Assembly (NCBI GenBank): GCA_016789605.1
Contig: JAEUQO010000097.1
Span: 776 to 64,775, forward strand
DNA length: 64,000 bases
Reading direction: 5' to 3'
Source of the DNA: Acidobacteriota bacterium
GTDB taxonomy: Bacteria > Acidobacteriota > Blastocatellia > RBC074
Shown here: positions 30,770-38,755 of the stretch, in pieces
Position numbering within the stretch: position 1 is the first letter of the stretch
How the letters are laid out: each line of letters starts with the position of its first letter
Position numbers and translations under genes: made by a program
The notes under the pieces: generated by a model
Seen by the model: only the letters and a program-made list of their open reading frames with translations
The model's database searches: none
Told to the model about the DNA's origin: nothing

Positions 30770-30908
30770 GAAATGCCTCTGCTCGCTGATGACCGCCTGG
30801 GCAGGGATGCTACGGCGCACCTGACGAGAACACAAGGCAAAGCTGACTGATCGTCACGACCGCTCTTCCAATTCAAACAACGACGTCAAACCTCTCGCGT
30901 GTACGCGC

Positions 30909-31496
30909 CTAGCCCGCGATCGCCAGCCGCGCAGACAACGCAAAACCGACGGCAACGCGCGAATCACGCAACGCTTCGCGCATCATTTTGCGCCCACGGT
31001 TCAGCCGCGACATCACCGTGCCCAGCGGAATCTGCAACGTCTGGGCAATTTCCTTGTATGAAAACTCTTGCACGTCAGCCAGCAACACCACGGCGCGATA
31101 GTTTTGCGGCAATTGTTCAAACGCGGCCAACACCTCTTCATCGCGCACAAACGGCGAGGGCGACGGTTCGAACGCCACAGTTTCGGCCAGGGTCTCTTCG
31201 TTCACGTCGGCTTGCGGCAAACGATAGAGTTTGCGCCGATGATGAGAGATGACATGAAACATGATCTTGAACAGCCACGCCCGACAATTGGTGCCCGTCT
31301 CGAAACGATGAAACGATTTCCAGGCTTGTAAAAACGTTTCTTGCACGACGTCTTCAGCTTCGGTTTGGCTACCGAGCACGCGCCGCGCCGTGCGGAACAA
31401 ATCATTCAAATGCGGCAGGGCGACCGTTTCGAAACCTTCCATCGTCGGCGTTTGCGTTATCAGCGAAGTTGGGGATATCTGAGTTGCAGCGAACAT
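30909..31496 (-). CDS. ECF-type RNA polymerase sigma factor
   Basis: Region 2 AEDVVQETFLQAWKSFHRF and region 4 FSYKEIAQTLQIPLGTVMSRLNRGR. Confidence 0.85.
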   Translation of the reverse strand: MFAATQISPTSLITQTPTMEGFETVALPHLNDLFRTARRVLGSQTEAEDVVQETFLQAWKSFHRFETGTNCRAWLFKIMFHVISHHRRKLYRLPQADVNEETLAETVAFEPSPSPFVRDEEVLAAFEQLPQNYRAVVLLADVQEFSYKEIAQTLQIPLGTVMSRLNRGRKMMREALRDSRVAVGFALSARLAIAG

Positions 31497-31673
31497 CTTG
31501 TTTTCCTCCTCGCCCGACTAATGCGCGCTGAAATGGCGAAAGCTGCCACGCAAAAAGAAAAATAAATTTCTGCTCGAAGGCTGTAAGGAAACGCTGCGCG
31601 CGCCGACTATTGGGTGTCTCTGGCCAGACGTAAACATCACGTTGTAAGCCGTAACCAGTGAACGAATCGGGAA

Positions 31674-32279
31674 ATGCAAGACAAGACAAACAATCGGGTG
31701 ACGCAGTTACTAAAAGCGTGGAGCGACGGCGACGCCATCGCGTTGGAGCAGTTGATCCCGCTGGTATACGACGAACTTTATCGTTTGGCGCGAGGGTATA
31801 TGAACCGAGAAATGGCAGGTCATACGTTGCAAGTCACGGCGCTGGTCAATGAAGCCTATTTGCGGCTGGTGAATTGGAAAGAAGCGCGCTGGGAAAACCG
31901 CGCGCACTTTTTTGGCGTGGCGGCGCAATTGATGCGGCGCATCCTGGTGGATTTTGCCCGCGCGCGCAATTACGAAAAACGCGGCGGCGGCGCGGCGCTG
32001 TTGGCGCTGGATGAAGCCAACGCGTTGCCCATACAACCTGACGCTGATTTCGTCGCGCTGGACGACGCACTAAAAAGCCTGGACGAACTGGATCAACGAA
32101 AAAGCCGCATTGTCGAATTACGGTTTTTTGGCGGCTTGAGCGTAGAAGAAATCGCCGAGGTGCTGAAGATTTCAGAACGAACCGTCATGCGCGAATGGAG
32201 CCTGGCGCGCGCCTGGCTGTTTCGTGAATTGAGTCAGGCCAACGCGCACGAATTTGAATTGCGCGAAACCAGCGTGTGA
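31674..32279 (+). CDS. ECF sigma factor of the TIGR02999 / ECF43-like (kinase-associated) type
   Basis: [35 protein letters not shown] and [16 protein letters not shown] are characteristic of this subgroup. Region 4 is [21 protein letters not shown]. Confidence 0.85.
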   Translation: MQDKTNNRVTQLLKAWSDGDAIALEQLIPLVYDELYRLARGYMNREMAGHTLQVTALVNEAYLRLVNWKEARWENRAHFFGVAAQLMRRILVDFARARNYEKRGGGAALLALDEANALPIQPDADFVALDDALKSLDELDQRKSRIVELRFFGGLSVEEIAEVLKISERTVMREWSLARAWLFRELSQANAHEFELRETSV

Positions 32280-32355
32280 TCCAGCCATGCACAAAAACTT
32301 TTTTCGCCGGTGTGGCAGCTTTTCTGGCCAGCTCTCGCATTAGTCGTCGAGGAAT

Positions 32356-34665
32356 GTGCGAATGAATTCTGACCGCTGGCAACAAATCAACGACCTGTAT
32401 TACGCCGCGCTCGAACGCAACACAGCGGAGCGGTGGAACTTTGTGCGCGTCGCCTGTGGCAATGACGATTTGTTGCGCAATGAAGTCGAATCCCTGCTCG
32501 CCTCAAATGACGAAGCGGGCGAATTTCTCAGCGAGTCGGCCTTGAAAGTCGCCGCCAAAACATTGGCTGAAGGGCGCGGCGATTCGCTCACCGGGCAGAA
32601 AATCGGCCATTACCAGATTCATTCCTGGCTGGGCGCGGGCGGCATGGGCGAAATTTACCTGGCCGAAGATTTACGGTTACACCGCAAAGTGGCGCTCAAA
32701 CTGTTGCCGCGCGAATTCACACTGGACGCCGAACGCGTGCGCCGTTTCAAACAAGAAGCGCGCGCGGCTTCTGCCCTCAACCACCCCAACATCATCACCA
32801 TTTTTGAAATTGGCGAAGCCGAAGGATTGCATTACCTCGTCACCGAATTCATTGACGGGCAAACCTTGCGGCAACGATTGGCGGCTTCAAGCTCCAGCGC
32901 GCCGCCGCTGCCGTTGACCGAACTGCTGGACATCGTTTCCCAGGCAGCAAGCGCGCTCGCCGCTGCGCACGAAGCCGGCATCATCCACCGCGACATCAAA
33001 CCGGAAAACATCATGTTGCGCCGTGATGGATACGTGAAGGTGCTGGATTTTGGCATTGCCAAATTGCTCGACCGATTTCCGGCAGAACGCGCGTCACACA
33101 GCGACAGTTTGCTGAAAACCGATCCGGGCAAAGTGATGGGCACCGCGCATTACATTTCGCCGGATCAATTGTTGGGGTTAGAGGCAGACGCCCGCAGTGA
33201 TATTTTCAGTCTGGGCGTCGTCTTGTACGAATTGCTCACCGGACGCCCGCCTTTTGACGGCGTGACGCCCAGCGCCATCGTCGCCGCGATTTTGAATCAA
33301 GAGCCTGTGCCGCTGGCGCGTTACATTCGCGCCTTACCCGCCGAACTTGAACGCATCGTTGACAAAGCGCTGGCCAAAGATCGCGAGCAGCGCTATCAGG
33401 GCATCAAAGACCTGCTGATTGACCTGAAAAACCTCAAGCTGGAACTGGATGTCGCCGCCAAATTGAAGCGCAATTTCGCGTCGGAACCTGCGCCAGGCCC
33501 AAAGCCCGGCGTGCTGGCGGCGAATGACGAAACCCAGCCGACCTTTTCCACTGATGCCGCGCCGCCTGCGGTTGAATCGGCGGCGTTTCGCGGGGATGAA
33601 TCTGTACCGTTAAGCGCCAGCATCGCCCTGCCAGAACGCAAAAGCGGCAAACTGGAACCGGTGGGCGGCGCGGTGCCGCTCGATTCAGCCTATTACATCG
33701 AACGCAGCACCGATCAGGAGTTTCACGAAGCCATCACCCGGCAAGACAGCCTGGTTTTGGTCAAAGGCGCGCGACAGGTCGGCAAAACATCGTTGTTGGC
33801 GCGCGGTCTGCAACGCGCGCGACGCGCGGGCGGACGCATTGTGCTGACAGACTTTCAGTCGTTGAGCGCGGAATATCTGGCTTCGGCAGACAAACTGATT
33901 TTGACTTTGGCCGAAATGCTGGCCGACCAATTAGAGCTGGACGTTTTTCCCAACGAAATCTGGAATTCGTTTCTCAGTCCGGGCGTGAATTTTGAGCGCT
34001 ATCTGCGCAAGGAAGTGCTGAGCAAAATCGAAACGCCCATCGTCTGGGGGTTGGACGAAGTGGATCGCTTGTTCAGTTGCAGCTTTGGCAGCGACATCTT
34101 TGGGCTTTTTCGTTCCTGGCACAACAAACGCGCGCTCGACCCGGAAGGCCCCTGGAAACGGCTGACGCTGGTGATCGCCTATGCGACCGAAGCGCATCTG
34201 TTCATCACCGATTTGAACCAGTCGCCTTTCAATGTCGGCACGCGGTTGGCGCTGGACGATTTTTCGCTGGAACAGGTCGCAGAACTCAATCGCCGTTACG
34301 GTTCTCCGCTCAACGATCACGGAGAATTGGTCCGCTATTGCCAACTGGTCGGCGGACACCCTTATCTGGTGCGGCGCGGGTTGCACGAATTGACTGCACG
34401 CCAGTGGCGTTTAGCCGAACTGGAAGCCCAGGCCGCCGATGACGAAGGCCCTTTTGGCGATCATTTGCGGCGGTTGTTGCTTTCGTTGACGCAAGACACG
34501 CAACTTTGCGAGGTCGTACAAACGGTTTTGCAAGGGCGCTCTTCGGCCAACACCGACAGTTTTTACCGGCTGCGCAGCGCCGGACTGATGACGGGCGATT
34601 CCGTGCGCGATTTGCATCCGCGCTGCCAGTTGTACGCCACCTACCTAAAAAAACATCTGTTGTAA
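32356..34665 (+). CDS. Soluble Ser/Thr protein kinase fused to a C-terminal AAA_35-like P-loop NTPase module
   Basis: Kinase features: G-loop LGAGGMGEIY, VALK, HRDIKPEN, DFG. NTPase features: Walker A GARQVGKT (aa 471-478), Walker B VWGLDEVD, SPFNVGTRLALDDF, GGHPYL. No TM segment. Confidence 0.85.
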   Translation: MRMNSDRWQQINDLYYAALERNTAERWNFVRVACGNDDLLRNEVESLLASNDEAGEFLSESALKVAAKTLAEGRGDSLTGQKIGHYQIHSWLGAGGMGEIYLAEDLRLHRKVALKLLPREFTLDAERVRRFKQEARAASALNHPNIITIFEIGEAEGLHYLVTEFIDGQTLRQRLAASSSSAPPLPLTELLDIVSQAASALAAAHEAGIIHRDIKPENIMLRRDGYVKVLDFGIAKLLDRFPAERASHSDSLLKTDPGKVMGTAHYISPDQLLGLEADARSDIFSLGVVLYELLTGRPPFDGVTPSAIVAAILNQEPVPLARYIRALPAELERIVDKALAKDREQRYQGIKDLLIDLKNLKLELDVAAKLKRNFASEPAPGPKPGVLAANDETQPTFSTDAAPPAVESAAFRGDESVPLSASIALPERKSGKLEPVGGAVPLDSAYYIERSTDQEFHEAITRQDSLVLVKGARQVGKTSLLARGLQRARRAGGRIVLTDFQSLSAEYLASADKLILTLAEMLADQLELDVFPNEIWNSFLSPGVNFERYLRKEVLSKIETPIVWGLDEVDRLFSCSFGSDIFGLFRSWHNKRALDPEGPWKRLTLVIAYATEAHLFITDLNQSPFNVGTRLALDDFSLEQVAELNRRYGSPLNDHGELVRYCQLVGGHPYLVRRGLHELTARQWRLAELEAQAADDEGPFGDHLRRLLLSLTQDTQLCEVVQTVLQGRSSANTDSFYRLRSAGLMTGDSVRDLHPRCQLYATYLKKHLL

Positions 34666-34706
34666 GTTCTCGTGCGGTCTGACGACTAATCAATGTCCAA
34701 AGACCT

Positions 34707-37700
34707 ATGAGCACGTTCACTCTCCCACAATCTGTCCGAAATTTTTATATCGTCGGCGGCACTTTGCGGCGCGATGCCGCCTGTTATGTCGAACGCGCGG
34801 CGGACAACCAGCTTTACGAAGCGTTGCAGGCCCGGCAGTTTTGCTATGTGCTGACTTCGCGTCAGATGGGCAAATCGTCGCTGATGGTGCGCACGGCCTC
34901 GCGCTTACGCGAAGCGGGCGTCGGTGTCGCCGTACTCGATCTGACCGCCATCGGGCAAAACGTTCAGGCCGAACAGTGGTATGGCGGCTTGCTCAGCCAG
35001 ATGGGCCAGCAATTCGACCTGGAAGATGAGCTGCTCGATTATTGGGCGGATCATTTCAATCAGGTCAATCTCGGTCCGTTGCAACGCTGGTTGCGCGCGA
35101 TACGCCAAATCGTCCTGCCACGATATCCCGGCGCAGTCGTAATTTTCATTGATGAAATTGACGCCGTGCTCAGTCTGCCGTTTTCGACGGACGAGTTTTT
35201 CACGGGCATCCGCGAGCTTTACAACTTCCGCACGGAAGACGCTGAACTCGAACGTCTGACATTTTGCTTGCTGGGCGTCGCCTCGCCTGCGGATTTGATC
35301 CGCAACACCCGCACAACTCCCTTCAACATCGGGCAACGCATTGAGCTGCGTGATTTCACCGCCAGCGAAGCCGCCGCGCTGGCACAAGGTTTGCGGCGCG
35401 ATGAGCCAATCGCTACCGAATTGCTGCAACGCGTGCTGTATTGGTCAAATGGGCATCCGTATCTAACGCAGCGTCTTTGCCAGGCAGTTGCGGATGACCC
35501 AACCGTGCTGACGGCGGCGGGTGTGGATACGCTCTGTGCCGAGTTGTTTTTTGGCAAACGCGCCAGCGAACGCGACGATAATCTGTTGTTTGTCCGTGAG
35601 CGTTTGCTCAAAAGCGAAGCCGATGTCGCAGGCTTGTTGTCTCTTTACGCGCAAGTGCGCGCCGGTCGTGCGATTGAAGACGACACCGCAAATTCGCTGG
35701 TGACGGTATTGCGCCTGGCGGGCATTGTGCGCATCGAACGCGGCTATCTGACGCCGCGTAATCGCATTTACGCGCAGGTGTTTGACGCCGAATGGGTGGC
35801 CAAGAATATGCCGGACGCTGAAATGCGGCGACAGCGTGCGGCATACCGGCGCGGCGTCTGGCGCGCCAGTGTCGTTGCGGCGTTCATCATTGCCATCATT
35901 GCGACTTTGGGCGTGGTGGCGCTGCGCCAACGCAACCGCGCCACGTTGCAAGAACGCGCCAAAAACCGCGCGCTGTATGCCGCGCAAATGAACCTGGCGC
36001 AGCAAAACTGGGAGTATTTCAGCGTCGCGCGCGTACTGAGCATGCTGGGCGAATACGAACCACACGCAGGCCAGGCACAAGCAGAAGATTTGCGCGGATT
36101 TGAGTGGTATTACCTCTGGCAGCTTTGCCATAGCGAACGGTTCACCTTGCCGCACAACGACTGGGTGTATCACGCGGTGTTTTCGGCAGATGGCAAATCC
36201 CTGGCAACCGCATCGCGCAATCAGGCCGTCCAGGTATGGAATTTGGCAACGGGCAAGCTGGCTTATGAATTACCCTCTTCGGCGGGCAGTGTGGCGGATG
36301 TAGTCTTTTCACCCGATGGACGATGGCTGGCATCTGTCGCGGCAAGCCAGCAACACATTACGCTGTGGGATGTCGCCAGCAAACGGGAATGGCGCAACCT
36401 GACGGGCAGTCCGTCGCCGCTGGCGTGTCTGGCAATCACGCCAGACGGACAGCGACTGGCCGCGCTTAGCATAGACGGCGTTGTCCGTATCTGGGCGGTG
36501 GATTCAGGACGCGTGCTACTGACATTGCCCTTTGCCGCTGTAGACGACGCGATGTTTGGCTTGCGGTTTTCGCCCGATGGCCGCTGGCTGGCCGCCAATG
36601 GACGCGGATGCAAAATCTGGGACACGACAACCGGACGCGAGCATCTGTCTTTATTGCCAGGAAAAGTCGCCGGACACGTGAGTTTTTCTCCGCATAGCAA
36701 GTGGATCGCGATTCCCAATGCCACGGTGAAAGTGATGGAACTGGCGACAGGCAAAGAAGTCGCCGAGTTGAATGGCCATTTTGATTTTGTGTTTTCTTCC
36801 GCGTTTTCGCCCGATGGAAAATTCCTGGCGACGGCAGGACGTGATCAAGTCGTCAAGTTTTGGGATACGACCTGGTGGCGTGAACAGGCGACCATCAAGG
36901 GACACAGCAATTCGATCCTTGCAATCGAATTTGCGCCGGATGGGCAAACACTGGCCACCGCCAGTTTGGATCACACCGTCAAGCTATGGCCGTTGACTCC
37001 TTTGCTCAACCAACCACGTATGACAACGGATGGAGCCAATGCCGTGCAGGTGTTGCACCCCAGCAAAGTGATTTTGCAGCCGCTTTCATTTGCCCCTGAT
37101 GGCCGCCGACTGGTTTCAGCAACAACAGAACTCCAAAGCGACGGCACGCGCAAACATGGCGTCAGCTTGCGCGTCTGGGACGTAAACACCGGCGCAGAAT
37201 TACTTGCCAAACAAGCCGAAGAAAGCTCCTTTCGTTCAGCCATCTTTTCCGCCGATGGCCGCCAAATCATCACCGGCGATACAAACGGCCAAATCAAATT
37301 TCACGATGCCGCAACCGGTCAATTGCTCAAGACGTTTGCGGGCGGTCCCGGCGAAATCATTCATCTGGCCTGTTCACGCGATGGGCGCTGGCTGGCCACC
37401 GGCAGCACCGAACAAGGTGTCACGATCTGGGAAATGGCAACCGGTCGTCCGCAATACCTGCACACATTGCCGTCGCCTGTTCTAGGACTGGCTTTTGCGC
37501 CAGACGGAAACCGCTTAGCAGCAGTCGGCGTTGATCGGCGCATTGATTTTTGGGACGCCGCAACCAATCGCAACAGCGTTTCTTTTCGCTCGCCTGATCC
37601 TCCTGGTGATGCTTTCGCCGCGCTGGCTTTCACCCCGGACGGCCAACAACTGCTGGTCACACAAGACGATTTATTGCTCGTGCTCGACAGCGTTACGGGA

Positions 37701-37982
37701 CACGAACAGCGGCGGCTAGCGGCACACGCTAAAGAAATCACGGCGCTGGCTTTTTCGCCGGAGGGCAAACGTCTGATCACAACCGGCGATGACCGCACAG
37801 TGCGGCTTTGGGATTGGATGCACTGGCACGAACTGGCCACCTTTCGCACTGAAGTAAATCCCGTGGCCGTCAACCTTAGCCCGGATGGTACGGTGTTGAG
37901 CGTGGTCAATTACAAGTATCAGGTCAAACAATGGCACGCCGCCTTACCACGCGAAGTCGCCGCCCTCGCCAACGCCAACTGA
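34707..37982 (+). CDS. AAA_35-like P-loop NTPase + single TM helix + 14 WD40 repeats
   Basis: The N-terminal module is paralogous to the C-terminus of the preceding kinase (YVERxxD, SRQMGKSS, IFIDEID, TPFNIGQRIELRDF, NGHPYL). TM helix at aa 385-406. There are 14 (F/I)SPDG-type blades. Confidence 0.85.
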   Translation: MSTFTLPQSVRNFYIVGGTLRRDAACYVERAADNQLYEALQARQFCYVLTSRQMGKSSLMVRTASRLREAGVGVAVLDLTAIGQNVQAEQWYGGLLSQMGQQFDLEDELLDYWADHFNQVNLGPLQRWLRAIRQIVLPRYPGAVVIFIDEIDAVLSLPFSTDEFFTGIRELYNFRTEDAELERLTFCLLGVASPADLIRNTRTTPFNIGQRIELRDFTASEAAALAQGLRRDEPIATELLQRVLYWSNGHPYLTQRLCQAVADDPTVLTAAGVDTLCAELFFGKRASERDDNLLFVRERLLKSEADVAGLLSLYAQVRAGRAIEDDTANSLVTVLRLAGIVRIERGYLTPRNRIYAQVFDAEWVAKNMPDAEMRRQRAAYRRGVWRASVVAAFIIAIIATLGVVALRQRNRATLQERAKNRALYAAQMNLAQQNWEYFSVARVLSMLGEYEPHAGQAQAEDLRGFEWYYLWQLCHSERFTLPHNDWVYHAVFSADGKSLATASRNQAVQVWNLATGKLAYELPSSAGSVADVVFSPDGRWLASVAASQQHITLWDVASKREWRNLTGSPSPLACLAITPDGQRLAALSIDGVVRIWAVDSGRVLLTLPFAAVDDAMFGLRFSPDGRWLAANGRGCKIWDTTTGREHLSLLPGKVAGHVSFSPHSKWIAIPNATVKVMELATGKEVAELNGHFDFVFSSAFSPDGKFLATAGRDQVVKFWDTTWWREQATIKGHSNSILAIEFAPDGQTLATASLDHTVKLWPLTPLLNQPRMTTDGANAVQVLHPSKVILQPLSFAPDGRRLVSATTELQSDGTRKHGVSLRVWDVNTGAELLAKQAEESSFRSAIFSADGRQIITGDTNGQIKFHDAATGQLLKTFAGGPGEIIHLACSRDGRWLATGSTEQGVTIWEMATGRPQYLHTLPSPVLGLAFAPDGNRLAAVGVDRRIDFWDAATNRNSVSFRSPDPPGDAFAALAFTPDGQQLLVTQDDLLLVLDSVTGHEQRRLAAHAKEITALAFSPEGKRLITTGDDRTVRLWDWMHWHELATFRTEVNPVAVNLSPDGTVLSVVNYKYQVKQWHAALPREVAALANAN

Positions 37983-38015
37983 CCAACGGCAATTGTCTGC
38001 CCAGTTCCTAAAGAC

Positions 38016-38056
38016 AAAAGCGGCAACAAGCACGAACGATGCTGGTTGCCGCTTTT
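38016..38056. terminator. Bidirectional intrinsic terminator
   Basis: AAAAGCGGCAACAAGCA-loop-TGCTGGTTGCCGCTTTT, with one mismatch, between convergent genes. Confidence 0.6.
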
Positions 38057-38089
38057 GATTTTGCTGTAAATGAAAACAGCTTCGCGAAA

Positions 38090-38431
38090 TTATCGAACTT
38101 TGCGGTCGGTCTCTTCGAGCGCACTGCCCAAATTGCGTCCGGCCCAGGTCATCCCGTGAATGTATTTGCCAACGGCTCCGACGCGCGCGCCTTTGGCGGG
38201 GACGCCGCGTTGCGTCACGACCCAGAGTTTGCCGGTTTCATCACTCAGTTCATATGCGCCCTGTCCCAACGCGCCAAAACTGTTGGTCACGGTTCCGATC
38301 ACCAGAACTTCTTTGCCGCGATAACGGGCAGGATCAGCGTTCAAACGTCCGATCGTGGTTTCTTGCGGACAGGCGGTAAAAAAGACAGTGCAGGCAAGCA
38401 AAAGCACGGATGCGAAAATGCGAGTTTTCAT
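38090..38431 (-). CDS. Small lipoprotein, possibly OB-fold-like (uncharacterised)
   Basis: Start trimmed to the ATG preceded by GAGGAGGAGGAA. Signal plus lipobox-like FFTAC. 113 aa. Confidence 0.55.
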   Translation of the reverse strand: MKTRIFASVLLLACTVFFTACPQETTIGRLNADPARYRGKEVLVIGTVTNSFGALGQGAYELSDETGKLWVVTQRGVPAKGARVGAVGKYIHGMTWAGRNLGSALEETDRKVR

Positions 38432-38755
38432 GGATTCCTCCTCCTCAGGTTGTTGCAGGTTGATGGGCCGAAACCTGGCGAAGGGGGCGCGCTTGAGTTG
38501 CCCTGACCTCAGCAGAATGAAGGGGACTGCTGTCTCGCAAGAGCCGCGGCAACTAATGTTCGACCGGCGCGCATTATACCCAAAACTTTCGCCGGGTACA
38601 GACCCGCCAATTAACAATCGGGCTGACCACACTTGAGCAACCAAAGTTGGACGTCCTCCCGACTGCGCTGGTCCGCCGTGGCAGAAGTCCGAAAACTCGC
38701 TGACATATCGAGCAGGCCAAATGCCACCGCAGCCAATCGTGCTCCGCGCGTACTG

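Noticed and set aside
31497-31673. Looked for ECF-type promoter motifs (GGAAC ... CGTC/GTCT) in the divergent region between the two sigma genes. GGAAAC at about 31597 is followed by CGACTA/GTGTCT.
   Set aside because: The spacing does not fit the usual 16-17 nt and the match is weak. I cannot support a call without a regulon-wide motif.
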